This document shows, piece by piece, positions 32,069 to 43,000 of a stretch of DNA of 64,000 bases. Origin of the DNA: an uncultured Gemmatimonadaceae bacterium (GTDB lineage Bacteria; Gemmatimonadota; Gemmatimonadetes; Gemmatimonadales; Gemmatimonadaceae). Each line of letters opens with the position of its first letter. The stretch's first letter is position 1. The stretch is from NCBI GenBank assembly GCA_963829055.1, contig CAWHHI010000003.1, forward strand, positions 192,001 through 256,000, given 5' to 3'. Both the position numbers and the translations under genes were made by a program. The notes beneath the pieces were generated by a model. That model was not told the origin of the DNA, did not search any database, and was given only the letters and a program-made list of their open reading frames with translations.

Positions 32069-32206
32069 TGTCATTCCGAGCGGAGCGCGGAGGCGCGCAG
32101 TCGAGGAATCGCGATCGTCGCCGGTAGAGGGCCCCTCTACCGCGACGATCGCGATTCCTCGACTCCGCTGCGCTCGCTCGGAATGACACCCCGCTCGGAA
32201 TGACGG
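32069..32206. repeat. GTCATTCCGAG-type palindromic (REP-like) repeat with a duplicated right end
   Basis: TGTCATTCCGAGCGGAGCG...GTCGAGGAATCGCGATCGTCG / CGACGATCGCGATTCCTCGAC...CGCTCGGAATGACA, then CCGCTCGGAATGAC again. Confidence 0.88.
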
Positions 32207-32210
32207 CTGC

Positions 32211-33188
32211 TTGTGCCTCGCACGACCCGCCGTCATTCTTGCGCCCAGTCCCCAGTCCCCAGTCCCCAGTCCCCGAAACCCGATTCCCCTTCACCTCGGC
32301 ATAGACCTCGGCGGCACCGCCGTGAAGCTCGGCGTCTCCGACGACGCCGGAGCTCCACTCGCGCGCGCGACCATCGCCACCGACGCCGCACGAGGGTCGG
32401 ATGATACGATCGGACGCATCGCGCGCGCGGCCCGTGAGCTGATAGCGCACACTGGCCTCGTCGGATCGGGTGGCATTGGTGCTCCCGGCGAGCTCGATGC
32501 CACGCGCCGACGCCTCGTACGCGCGAACCACTTCCCCGGATGGGCGAACGTTCCCATCGCGGACGTATTGGCCGAGCAACTCGGCATCCCCGTCGCGCTC
32601 GAGAACGACGCGAACTGCGCGGCGTGGGGCGAGCTTCGCGGCGGCATCGGGCGAGGCGCACGCAGCCTCGCGTGCTTCACGCTCGGCACCGGCGTCGGCG
32701 GCGGCCTCGTCCTGGGCGGCGAGCTGTGGACCGGCGCGAACGGCGCTGCAGCCGCGTTCGGACACATCGCTGTGGATCCCAACGGGCCGTTGTGTCGCTG
32801 CGGCCAACACGGCTGCGTCGAGCAGTACGCTTCGGCCACCGCGGTCGCGACGCGTTATGGCCGTGGCTCCGCGCGCGACGCGTTCGACGCCGCCGCGCGC
32901 GGTGAGCCGGAAGCCATCGCCGTCGTGGACTGGTCGTGCGACGGACTCGCCGCCGGCGTCGCGAACGTCATTCACATCGTTCAGCCCGACGTGGTCGTAT
33001 TGGGCGGAGGAATGGCCGCCGCGGGCAGCGTCATGCTCGACCGCGTTCGTGCCGGCGTGGCGCGCCGCGTGCGCGCCTCCTGGCTCGCCGGCGTCCGCAT
33101 CGAGTGCTCGGCGCTCGGCGACGACGCCGGATGGATCGGCGCGGCACTCTGGGGCGCGCGTCAGGCAGGAATGGAGAAGCCATCGTGA
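32211..33188 (+). CDS. ROK-family sugar kinase (start uncertain)
   Basis: GIDLGGT, LENDANCAAWGE, TLGTGVGGG, GH...CRCGQHGCVE zinc motif. Confidence 0.9.
   Translation: MCLARPAVILAPSPQSPVPSPRNPIPLHLGIDLGGTAVKLGVSDDAGAPLARATIATDAARGSDDTIGRIARAARELIAHTGLVGSGGIGAPGELDATRRRLVRANHFPGWANVPIADVLAEQLGIPVALENDANCAAWGELRGGIGRGARSLACFTLGTGVGGGLVLGGELWTGANGAAAAFGHIAVDPNGPLCRCGQHGCVEQYASATAVATRYGRGSARDAFDAAARGEPEAIAVVDWSCDGLAAGVANVIHIVQPDVVVLGGGMAAAGSVMLDRVRAGVARRVRASWLAGVRIECSALGDDAGWIGAALWGARQAGMEKPS
32244..32274. repeat. (CCCAGTC)4 heptamer tandem repeat
   Basis: Read directly; a shorter imperfect copy lies at 51433-51455. Confidence 0.9.
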
Positions 33189-33196
33189 AGCTATCG

Positions 33197-34860
33197 TGAC
33201 CGGACAGTTCCACTGGATCGACTGGGTCGTCCTCGTGCTCTACATCGCGGGGACGTCGTGGCTCGCCGATCGACTCACCGATCGCGGGCAGACCATCCGC
33301 GACTTCTTCCTCGGCGGCCGCAAGCTGCCGTGGTGGGCCGTGAGCGGATCGATCGTCGCGAGCGAGGTGAGTGGCGTGACGTTCGTCGCGCTGCCGGCGA
33401 TCGCGTTCGCGCGCGGCGGCAACTACACGTACATGATGCTCGCGATCGGCAGCATCCTCGCGCGCGTGCTCATCGCGTACTTCCTCATCCCCGCGTACTA
33501 CCGGCACGAGGTCTACAGTCCGTACGAGTTCATGGGACGACGACTCGGCCCGGGCGTCGTGCGCGGGATCGTCGGTGATCTTTCTCATCGGCGTCGTGCT
33601 CGGCCAGGGCGCGCGGCTCTTTCTCGCGGCCATCGTGCTCGACGCCATCACGAACATCGGCGCCGTGCCGGCGATCATCCTGCTGACGCTCATCGGCATC
33701 GGCTGGACGTGGATCGGCGGCATCACATCCGTCGTGTGGACCGACGTCGTGCAGTTCGTCATGATCGCGCTCGGCGCCATCGCATCGCTCGTCGCGGTCG
33801 TGACCGCCGTGCCGGGTGGCGTCGACGGCATCATCGCCGTGGGACGCGCAGCGGGAAAATTCCAGCTGTTCGACTTCTCGCTGTCGCCGACGGTGGAGTT
33901 CACGTTCTGGTGCGGGCTGTTCGGCTTCACGTTCCTGACGTTAGGCTCCCACGGCACGGACCAGACGATGGCCCAGCGCTTCTTCTGTTGTCGAGATGCG
34001 CGGGAGGCGCGCAAGGCGGTGCTGTGGTCGAGCGTGGCGATGATCCTGCCGCTCATCATGCTCACGGTCGGGGTCGGCCTGTTCGCTTACTTCCAGCAAT
34101 TTCCGATGACGCCCGCGCAGCTCGCCAAGGTGAGCGAGCGCTCGGACTACATCTTCCCGATCTTCATCCTGCAGGCGATGCCCGTCGTGGTGAAAGGATT
34201 GCTGTTCGCGTCGATCTTCGCCGCCGCTACGCAGACCGCAGCGATCTCCGCCATGGCGCAGACCGGACTCTCGCTGTACGAGCGCGCGCGTCAGGCAGTG
34301 ACGGACGATCGGCGGCTGCTCCGTGTCTCGCGCGGAATGGTGGTGCTGTCCGGCATCATCATCGGGCTCATGGCGGTCGTCTGCTCGCGCATCGAGCAGT
34401 ACAAGGATCTCCTGCGCCTCGCGATGGCGATGGCGAGTTACACGTACGGCGCGATGCTCGGCATCCTCTTCCTCGCGCTGCTTCCCGTCAGGCGCGATGG
34501 CCGAGGGCTGGTGTGGGGCGTGCCGTTCACGATTCTGCTCGTGTTCGCGCTCAACTGGCAGCATCAGGCGTGGGCGCGCTGGCTCATCGTCGTGGCGGTC
34601 GGCGCTATCGTGCTCATGTCCGTGCCCGTACTCCGGCGTGAATGGCCGAAGATCGGCTGGGTACTGCTCGGCGCCGCCGTCGTACTGGCAGCGACGTTCG
34701 TGCGTATCGACGTCGGCGGCGTCGCCACTCCCATCAAGCTCGCTTTCCCGTGGACGTTCCCGCTCGGCGCCGCGCTCACGCTCGGCCTCGGACTCGCGCT
34801 CGGTCGCGTACCTAACGAGCCGGTCCGTTCAGGAGATCGGACGCCAGGGTGCAACACGAC
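33197..34860 (+). CDS. Sodium:solute symporter (SSS) family protein (indel near 33570; end approximate)
   Basis: DFFLGGRKLPWWAVSGSIVASE, GGITSVVWTDVVQF, SHGTDQTMAQR. Confidence 0.88.
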
Positions 34861-34880
34861 GGCCTTCGCGAGGTACGCGC

Positions 34881-35805
34881 ATGGCCGCTGGCCGGCCGAC
34901 GCGCGACTTCGGCCGCTTCCTCACGGAGCAGCGCAACCCGCGCACGATGCAGCTCGACGCCGTGCCGCTGCGCGACGCGCTGCGCATCATCAATGACGAG
35001 GACGCTCAGGTCGCGGGCGTCGTGCGCGGCGAGATCGACCGGATCGCCGACGCCGATCGACCTCATTGTCGAACGGCGGAAGCGCGACGGACGCATCTAC
35101 TTCGTCGGCGCGGGAACGAGCGGACGACTCGGTGTTATCGAGGCCGCGGAACAGACGCCGACGCTCGACGTCCCCGACCCCATCTACCAGGCGATCATCG
35201 CCGGCGGCCCCGAGTGCGTGTTTCGCAGCAGCGAAGGCGCCGAAGACGTTGCGGACGATGGGGCCGAGCAGGTGCGCATCGCGGGAGTGCGTGAGCAGGA
35301 CGTGGTGATCGGCATCGCGGCGAGCGGGACGACGCCGTTCGTGCACGGCGCGCTGGCGGAAGCGCGTCGGCGCGGCGCGGGTCGCGTGCTGCTCGTGTGC
35401 AACCTCACCGGCGTTCTGCCTGACGCGGCGGACGTGATCATCGCGCCACTCGTCGGGCCCGAGGTCATCACGGGCGCGACCCGGCTTCGCGCGGCGACCG
35501 CGTGCAAGATGGTGCTCAACATGATGACCATCGGCACCATGCTCCAGACGGGAAAGATCTACGAGAACCTGAGCGTCGACGTTCCCAAGCGTTCCGACAA
35601 GCTCATCGCGCGAGCCACGCGCATTGTCCGCACGCTGACGGACGCCTCCGACGCCGACGCGCGCGCCGCGCTCGAGGCCGCGGACTTCCGGGCAAAGGTC
35701 GCAGTCGTGATGATCCGGCGCGGCGTCGAACGCGCGGAGGCGGAGCGCATACTCGCGCGCGCCGGTGGTTTCCTGCGGCGTGCACTCGAGGGAGACATCT
35801 CATGA
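34881..35805 (+). CDS. murQ: N-acetylmuramic acid 6-phosphate etherase (indel near 35055)
   Basis: TEQRNPRT, INDED, GAGTSGRLG, EGAED, GIAASGTTPFV, VGPEVITGATRL, KMVLNM. Confidence 0.93.
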
Positions 35806-37382
35806 CGCGATCGACGTTAGGCACGGGCGGCATGGTAGCGTGTAGCCAGCGGCTGGCGAGCGACGCCGGCGTCGCCGTGCTGCGCGCTGGCGGTACCGCC
35901 GCTGACGCCAGTGTCGCCATGGACGCCGTTCTGCACGTCACTGAACCGACGTCCACGAGTCTTGGCGGGGACATGTTCGCGCTCTATTACGACGCGCGCA
36001 CCGCACGCATCACGGCGCTGAATGGTTCTGGCCGCGCGCCACGCGGCCGCACGCTCGACGCTGTCGCCCGCGACGACGACGGACAGGTACCGCAGCGCCA
36101 CGGCGACGCGGTGACCGTGCCGGGTGTGTGCGCGGCGTGGTTCGATCTCATCGCCCGTCACGGTTCGGGGTTGATGTCGGTCGCGCGCTTGCTCGAACCG
36201 GCCATTCACGCGGCGGAGTCTGGATTCGTCGTCGCGCCCGTGGCCGCGGCCGTGTGGGAGCGCAACCTGCCGCAACTGCACTCCGACGAGCTGACCGTAG
36301 ACGGCCGTGCCCCAAACGCAGGTGAGACGTTTCGCAACCCGGCGCTCGCGGGTGTGCTGCGAGCGATCGCCGCGGGTGGGAGAGACGCGTTCTATCGTGG
36401 GCAGATCGCCGAGCGGATAGCCGCAGCGGCGCGTGCCGTCGGTGGTGCCATGACCGCTGCCGATCTCGCATCGCACCAGTCGACGTGGGAAGAGCCCATC
36501 TCCACCGCGTACCGCGACGTCCGCGTGTGGGAATGCCCGCCTAACGGGCAGGGGCTGGCCGCGCTGCTCGCACTCGCCATGCTCGACGGTCTCTCGCTCG
36601 CGCCGCCGTCGACTGCCGAACGTGCGCACGTGCAGATCGAGGCGCTTCGGCTCGGCTTCGCGGACGCGCGCTGGTACGTCACCGACCCGGCGTTCGCCTC
36701 GGTGCCGGTCACGGAGCTGCTTTCACCAGAGTACATCGCATCGCGACGCGAGCGGATCGACCTGACCCGTGCCGCGACCGACGTTCCCCATGGATCGCCG
36801 GTCGGCATCCCTGGTACGGTGTACCACTGTGCCGTGGACGCCGCGGGCAACGCGTGCTCTGTTGTCAGCTCGACGTTCGCGAGCTTCGGGAGCGGGATCG
36901 TTCCAGCCGGCCTCGGCTTCACGCTGCAGAATCGCGGCTGTGGATTCGTGCTCGACCCCCGTCACCCTAACGCGTACGCGCCCGGCAAGCGCCCGTATCA
37001 CACGATCATTCCGGGGATGCTGACGCGCGACGACGGCACGTTGTGGGGGCCGTTCGGCGTCATGGGCGGACCGATGCAGCCGCAAGGACATCTTCAGGTG
37101 GTGAACGCGCTGGTCGACGACGGCGCGACGCCGCAGGACGCGCTCGACCGGCCGCGTTTCTTCATCGAGCCCGAGCGTGAAGGCGGTCGCGTCTACCTCG
37201 AAACGGGCACACCAACCGCGGTCGCCGACGGGCTGCGTGCACGCGGGCACGACATCGTCGTCGATCCGCCGACGATCGGGCGCTCGATGTTCGGGCGTGG
37301 CCAGATCATCCTCCGTGAGCACGACGGCTCGCTCGTCGGCGGGAGCGATCATCGCGCGGATGGCTGCGTGCTCCCCGCATGA
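35802..37382 (+). CDS. Gamma-glutamyltransferase family protein (no signal peptide)
   Basis: SLGGDMF, LNGSGRAP, CPPNGQG, GTVY...DAAGNACS, LQNRG, PGKRPYHTIIP, FGVMGG; ATGA overlap with murQ. Confidence 0.92.
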   Translation: MTRSTLGTGGMVACSQRLASDAGVAVLRAGGTAADASVAMDAVLHVTEPTSTSLGGDMFALYYDARTARITALNGSGRAPRGRTLDAVARDDDGQVPQRHGDAVTVPGVCAAWFDLIARHGSGLMSVARLLEPAIHAAESGFVVAPVAAAVWERNLPQLHSDELTVDGRAPNAGETFRNPALAGVLRAIAAGGRDAFYRGQIAERIAAAARAVGGAMTAADLASHQSTWEEPISTAYRDVRVWECPPNGQGLAALLALAMLDGLSLAPPSTAERAHVQIEALRLGFADARWYVTDPAFASVPVTELLSPEYIASRRERIDLTRAATDVPHGSPVGIPGTVYHCAVDAAGNACSVVSSTFASFGSGIVPAGLGFTLQNRGCGFVLDPRHPNAYAPGKRPYHTIIPGMLTRDDGTLWGPFGVMGGPMQPQGHLQVVNALVDDGATPQDALDRPRFFIEPEREGGRVYLETGTPTAVADGLRARGHDIVVDPPTIGRSMFGRGQIILREHDGSLVGGSDHRADGCVLPA

Positions 37383-38545
37383 CCGCCCACGACCGCTGGA
37401 CTCGGCGCGACTTCCTCTCGGCGACGGCAGTCGGCGTCGTCGGCCTCGTTCGGCGTGGGGGCGACATGGTTGGCGCGGATGAGCATCTCGCGTACGTCGG
37501 TACGTACACGACCGACGGCCGGAGCGACGGCATCTACCGCCTGCGGCTCGATACGGCGACGGGCGCGCTGCGTGTCGACGGACTGGCGGTGACGAGTGTG
37601 AATCCCTCCTATCTCGCGCTGCATCCGAATGGGCGAGTGTTGTATGCGGTGAACGAGATCTCGGAGTTCGCGAAGGAGCCGACCGGCGCCGTGAGCGCGT
37701 TTGCGATAGCGCGGACGTCCGGCGCGCTGACGCTGCTCAACCAGCAGGCATCGCATGGTAAGGCGCCGTGTTACGTGTCCGTGGATCGCACGGGGACGGT
37801 GGTGCTGGTCGCGAACTACGGCGGCGGGAGCATCACGACGATTCCCGTTAGGCAGGACGGCCGATTGGGGACTCCGCGGAACGTGGTGAAACACGCTGGC
37901 GCTGGTGCCGATCCCGTTCGGCAGACGGCGCCGCACGCGCACTGCATCCTGGCGGACCCCGGCAACACGTTCGTGCTCGCGGTCGATCTCGGCATCGATG
38001 CGATACTGACCTATCGTTTCGATCCACGAACGGCGGCCATCACGGTCGTCCCGTCCGGCGCAGCGACGAAGCCGGGCGCCGGTCCTCGGCACCTGACGTT
38101 TCATCCGAACGGGAAGTTCGCGTACGTCGTGAACGAGCTGGACTCCACGATCGCGACGTATGCGTATGGTGCCGAACAGGGCACGCTCGAGGAGTTGCAA
38201 CTGACGGCGGCATCACCGGGTGGGACGGGGGCAGACAATCGTCCCGCCGACGTGCACGTCGCGGCGTCCGGCCGGTTCCTGTACGCGTCGAATCGTGGCG
38301 ACGACACGATCGCGGTGTTCGCGATCGATCAGGCGAGTGGCCAGCTCTCGCCGGTGCAGCAGGTCCCGAGCGGCGGGAAATCTCCGCGCAACTTCTCGCT
38401 GGACCCGACGGGGCGATTCCTGGTAGCGGCGAATCAGAAATCCGACACGATCGTCAGCTTCCGTGTCGACGCCGAATCTGGTCGCCTAACGCCAACGGGA
38501 TCGTCGGTCGAGGTGGCGAGTCCGGTCTGCGTGCGGTTTCGATAG
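37379..38545 (+). CDS. Tat-exported lactonase-family (6-phosphogluconolactonase-like) beta-propeller
   Basis: TRRDFL; YVGTYT, VANYGGG, HAHC, GPRHL, YASNRG, PRNF, ANQKSD. Confidence 0.92.
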   Translation: MTAHDRWTRRDFLSATAVGVVGLVRRGGDMVGADEHLAYVGTYTTDGRSDGIYRLRLDTATGALRVDGLAVTSVNPSYLALHPNGRVLYAVNEISEFAKEPTGAVSAFAIARTSGALTLLNQQASHGKAPCYVSVDRTGTVVLVANYGGGSITTIPVRQDGRLGTPRNVVKHAGAGADPVRQTAPHAHCILADPGNTFVLAVDLGIDAILTYRFDPRTAAITVVPSGAATKPGAGPRHLTFHPNGKFAYVVNELDSTIATYAYGAEQGTLEELQLTAASPGGTGADNRPADVHVAASGRFLYASNRGDDTIAVFAIDQASGQLSPVQQVPSGGKSPRNFSLDPTGRFLVAANQKSDTIVSFRVDAESGRLTPTGSSVEVASPVCVRFR

Positions 38546-38550
38546 CCGGC

Positions 38551-38669
38551 CGTCATCGCGAGCGGTAGCGTGGTCATCCCGAGCCGTGCGGCGTTGTCAT
38601 CCCGAGGAGCCGGGACCCGCCGTCAGACGGGTGCATGACGAGGGACCTTCGCTGCCGATCGGGCTGACA
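38551..38669. repeat. Degenerate REP-like repeat with three stacked GTCATC(C/G)CGAG ends
   Basis: GTCATCGCGAG, GTCATCCCGAG, GTCATCCCGAG in tandem, closing TCGGGCTGACA. Confidence 0.6.
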
Positions 38670-38685
38670 ACACGAGTCATCCGCG

Positions 38686-39204
38686 CTAACGGGTCGGCAG
38701 CTCCGTGCTGTGGGTCGATGCGATCAGCCACCGGTCTCCCTGCGCGCGAAGGAACACCACCATGACGATGGCTTTCATCGTTTCTGTGCGGCCTTCCGTC
38801 CGCAGCCGGACTGTCTCGAAGCACGGACCGGCCGCAAACTGGTCGTGCAACCGTACGGCGCAGTAGTCCACGGTGAACGATTCGACGGTGATCGGGTCAT
38901 TGGCGCGCATCGCGGCCACGCCGCGCAGGCGTTCGTCCCGCGTCAACGTGAGCGTCCCGTCGGGAGTGGTCAACATGTGCACATAGTCCGGCGACCACAC
39001 GCGAGCGAGCGTTGCTGTATCGCCGCGCGCGTTGGCGGCCATCATCGCGCGATATAGCGCCGTCAACTCCTGCTCCGTCGCGCCGCGCGGCTCCCGCGAC
39101 GCCGGCTGCTGCGCGCCGCCGGGTGTGACGAGCGCGGCAACGGCCGTCGAAACGGCGATCATCGCCACGAGCTTCGATGCGCGAACCCTGTATCCTCCGT
39201 GCAT
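38686..39204 (-). CDS. Secreted NTF2/DUF4440-like protein
   Basis: Signal peptide; ANARGDTATLARVWSPDYV ... WLIASTHS. Confidence 0.72.
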   Translation of the reverse strand: MHGGYRVRASKLVAMIAVSTAVAALVTPGGAQQPASREPRGATEQELTALYRAMMAANARGDTATLARVWSPDYVHMLTTPDGTLTLTRDERLRGVAAMRANDPITVESFTVDYCAVRLHDQFAAGPCFETVRLRTEGRTETMKAIVMVVFLRAQGDRWLIASTHSTELPTR

Positions 39205-39387
39205 GGCCACTCTCCCTGAGGATGCTTCGCTGAGATCGGCGGCCACGCGTTGTTGCGAGCCGAGTGGCTCGACCCTACCTTCTGGCCGCACGGCGCTGTG
39301 ACGCCGCACAAGCTGACGCGGAGAAACCCCGCAAAAGATGCCATGCCGACTCTGGCGTGATGGCTCGCGACTCTCGTCTTCCCCCGG

Positions 39388-39543
39388 ATGGCAGACAGGC
39401 AGACGCATGACATCACCGGGGCGCTGACTGCGCTGAGTCAGGGCACCCAAGCGATGGACCACCTCATGCCGCTGGTCTATCGGGAACTCAAACGCATCGG
39501 CAGCTGAATGCCGAGCGTAGCGGTCACACCCTCTCCACCACCG
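39388..39543 (+). pseudogene. N-terminal fragment of a TIGR02999-type ECF sigma factor
   Basis: Manual translation MADRQTHDITGALTALSQGTQAMDHLMPLVYRELKRIG, then in a shifted frame QLNAERSGHTLSTT, then abrupt switch to lactonase DNA. Confidence 0.75.
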
Positions 39544-39546
39544 GCG

Positions 39547-39841
39547 GACGTGCACGTCGCGGCGTCCGGCCGGTTCCTGTACGCGTCGAATCGGGCGACG
39601 ACACGATCGCGGTGTTCGCGATCGATCAGACGAGTGGCCAGCTGTCGCCGGTGCAGCAGGTCCCGAGCGGCGGAAAATCTCCGCGCACTTTTCGCTGGAC
39701 CCGACGGCGCGGTTTCTGGTCGCGGCGAAGCAGAAGTCCGACACGATCGTCAGCTTCCGTGTCGACGCCGAATCTGGCCGCCTAACGCCAACCGGTTCGT
39801 CGGTCGAGATCGCGACTCCAGTGTGCGTGCGCTTTCGGTAA
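39547..39841 (+). pseudogene. Diverged duplicate of the 3' ~295 bp of the lactonase gene (38248-38545)
   Basis: GACGTGCACGTCGCGGCGTCCGGCCGGTTCCTGTACGCGTCGAATCG... is colinear with the lactonase end, with substitutions and indels. Confidence 0.9.
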
Positions 39842-40027
39842 ACCGCGCGGGAATTTGGGGTCAGGCTCGATTCGAGACCACAGGCTCCGCCGGGTGGTCC
39901 AACGGCACGGAGATAAACGCAGACGGGTCTCCACGCATCTCAGACGAAGAAGATCCTGGACAATGAACAGCAGCAGTTCGCGCCCTTTCAAATGAGTGAT
40001 TTCCTATGACCAACCGCCGCAGTTCGC

Positions 40028-43000
40028 GTGCTCAGTCACTCTCCGCTCAGCGCGGCTCTGTTTTCGCTTGCCTGTATCGCCGCCCTGACGACTCCGGCGG
40101 TCGCGCAACGTGGCGGAGGCGGCGGGCCGGATGCCGGTGGTGGGCTGCCGCTCGTGCCCACGCGCCCACTCAAGTTCACGACCGACGAGGGCACGTGGAT
40201 GTCGGTGGATGTCGCGCCCGACGGCCGCACGCTCGTGTTCGACCTCCTCGGTGATCTCTACACCTTGCCGATCACGGGCGGATCGGCCACCCGCATCACG
40301 AGCGGTCAGGCGTTCGACGCCATGCCGCGCTTCTCGCCGGACGGCAAACACATCGCGTTCGTGAGCGATCGCAGCGGCGCGTCGAACCTCTGGGTGGCCG
40401 ATGCGGACGGCACCCATCCACGCCAGCTCAGCCGGACCGAGGGGTTCGGCTACGACTACCTGTCGCCCACGTGGACGCCCGATGGCAAGGCCGTGGTCGT
40501 GTCGCACAACAACGGCCCCGCGGCGACTGGCCTGACGCTGCGAGGGTTCACCCCGTTCGAGCTGTACGTGTATCCGATCGCCGGTGGCGTCGGGCAGCGC
40601 CTAACGGGTGGCGACACCAGCGCGCCCGGTGCCGGTGGACGGGGCGCGGCCGGCGCCCCGGCGTACCTCGGCGCACGGTTCTCCGGGCCGCAGACGGTCT
40701 GGTACTCGACAGGCGGCCAGGGCGCGCAGCTGTTCACGCTCGACCTGGCGACCGGCAAGTCGATTCGCCGCACCGTGCCACGGGGCGTGGGCATGCGCCC
40801 GATCCCGAGCCCGGACGGCCAGTGGCTCGTCTACGCGACGCGGCGCAACGACGAGACGGCGCTTCGCCTGCGCGAGATGGCCACGGGCGATGAGCGCTGG
40901 CTCGTGCGCAACGCGCAGCACGACCAGATCGGAACCAAGACCACGCGCGACCTCATGCCCGGCATGGCGTTCACGCCGGACAGCAAGGCGCTGGTCACGT
41001 CGTACGGCGGGAAGCTGTGGCGTGTCGCGGTCCCGTCGGGCGAAGCGAAGCCGATCCCCTTCACCGCCGACGTCGATCAGATGATCGGCGCGACCACGCA
41101 GTTCGCGTTCCCCACGAACGACTCCACGGTCACCGTGCGGCAGATCCGTGTGCCGCGACTGTCGCCGGACGGAAAGCGAGTCGCGTTCGTTGCGCTCGAC
41201 CGCGTCTGGGTCGCCGACCTGCCGGCTGTCCGAGCTCCCGGACAGACCGTGTCGGTCACGAACGTCGCGCCGCCTAACGCGCTTCGACCTGAGCGAGTAC
41301 AGTCCGGCCTGGAGCTCCGGACGGCCAGTCGGTGGCGTTCGTGACCTGGGACGACAGCACGGGCGGCGAGATCTATCGCGTGCGTGTCGCCGCTACCGGC
41401 GCCGCGCCGGGCGCGCCGCAGAAGCTGTCGAAAGTCGAAGGCCTTCTACGAGAAGCTCGCGTTCACGCCCGACGGCACGAAGCTGATGTTCGCCCGCGCG
41501 TCGCGCGCCGAGCGATTCGAGAGCGACGAGCTGGGATTCGCGGAGCCGTCGTCGACCCACGCGGATCTCATGTGGATGCCGGCGGCTGGGGGAGCGGCGA
41601 CGGTCATCACTCGGCTCGAGTACCTCAGTCGCCTCGATCCGCCGTACTACGGCGTCCCGCACTTCGGGCCGGACTCGTCGCGCATCATGCTGTTCGACGC
41701 CAACGCGAACGGGCTGTACTCCATGCGGCTCGATGGATCGGACCGGCAGCTCATCGCGCGCGCCGGCCAGCGGCCGTGGAACAGCTCCGGCGAGGAGCCG
41801 GTCGACGACATGATCCTCTCGCCCAAGGGCGGGTACGCTCGCGATCCTCGGTGGGCAGAACATGTGGCTCGCGACCCTCACGCCTGGAGCGACCGCGCCG
41901 ACGATCTCGCTGATGCGGCCGGCAGCTTCGCCGGTGCCGCTCAGGCGCCTAACAAAGATCGGTGCGCAGTTCGCCGGCTGGAGTCCCGACGGTCGCATCC
42001 TCCACTATTCGCTCGGGTCGGCGCTGTTCCTGTACGACGTCGCCGCAGCGGACTCGCTGGAGCGGGCGCCGGCGAACCCCGAGCAGCCAGCCGGCCTACG
42101 AGCCGACCCGCGTGGACATCACGATCACCGTGCCGAAGGACCGACCGAGCGGCACGGTGGTGCTGCGCGGCGCGCGCGTGATCACGATGAAGGGCACGGA
42201 GGTGATCGAGAACGCCGACGTCGTCGTGCGCGATAACCGCATCGCCGCGGTCGGCGCGCGTGGACAGGTGAACGCGCCTGCGGATGCGCGCGTCATCGAC
42301 GTGAGCGGCAAGACGATCGTCCCCGGCTACGTGGACACGCACGCGCACATGTACGCGCCCGGGTGGGGGCTGCATCGCACGGAGCTGTGGCAGTACTACG
42401 TGAACCTCGCGTACGGCGTCACGCGCACGCGCGACCCGCAGACCGGCAGCTACGACGTCATCGACTACAGCGACCGCGTCGAGACCGGCGACGTCCTCGG
42501 CCCGCGCATCTACACGACGGCCAAGGGCTTCTTCGAGAACGAAGGCATCCAGTCACGCTCGATGACGCACGCAATGCGCTTCGCCGGAACTCGGATTTCT
42601 TCAAGACGGAGACGATCAAGGCGTACGCGGTCGGCGATCGACGACGACGCCAGCTCGTCGCGCAGGCGGCGCAGGAGCTCAAGCTCTCGCCGACGAACGA
42701 GGGCGACGCGGACTTCATGCTCGACCTCACCCACATGCTCGACGGCTACGCGGGCGAGGAGCACACGCTCCCGACGTATCCCCTGTACAAGGACGTCGTG
42801 CAGCTCGTCGTGCAGAGCGGCATCACGTACTCGCCGGTGCTGACCATCGCGTACGGTGGTCCGACACGTGCAGGAGTATTTCACGACCCGCTACGATATC
42901 CGCGGGGAGAAGAAGGTGCAGCGCTTCTGGCCGCAGAGCTTCACGGACACGCGCACGAGCAGCTCGCAGTGGCATCCCGGACGACCAGTACGCGTTCCCG

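Noticed and set aside
32470..34641. Long alternative-frame and antisense ORFs (e.g. 723 aa at 32470, 409 aa at 56014)
   Set aside because: Arg/Ala/Pro-rich shadow ORFs expected at about 70% GC, or indel chimeras overlapping well-supported genes.
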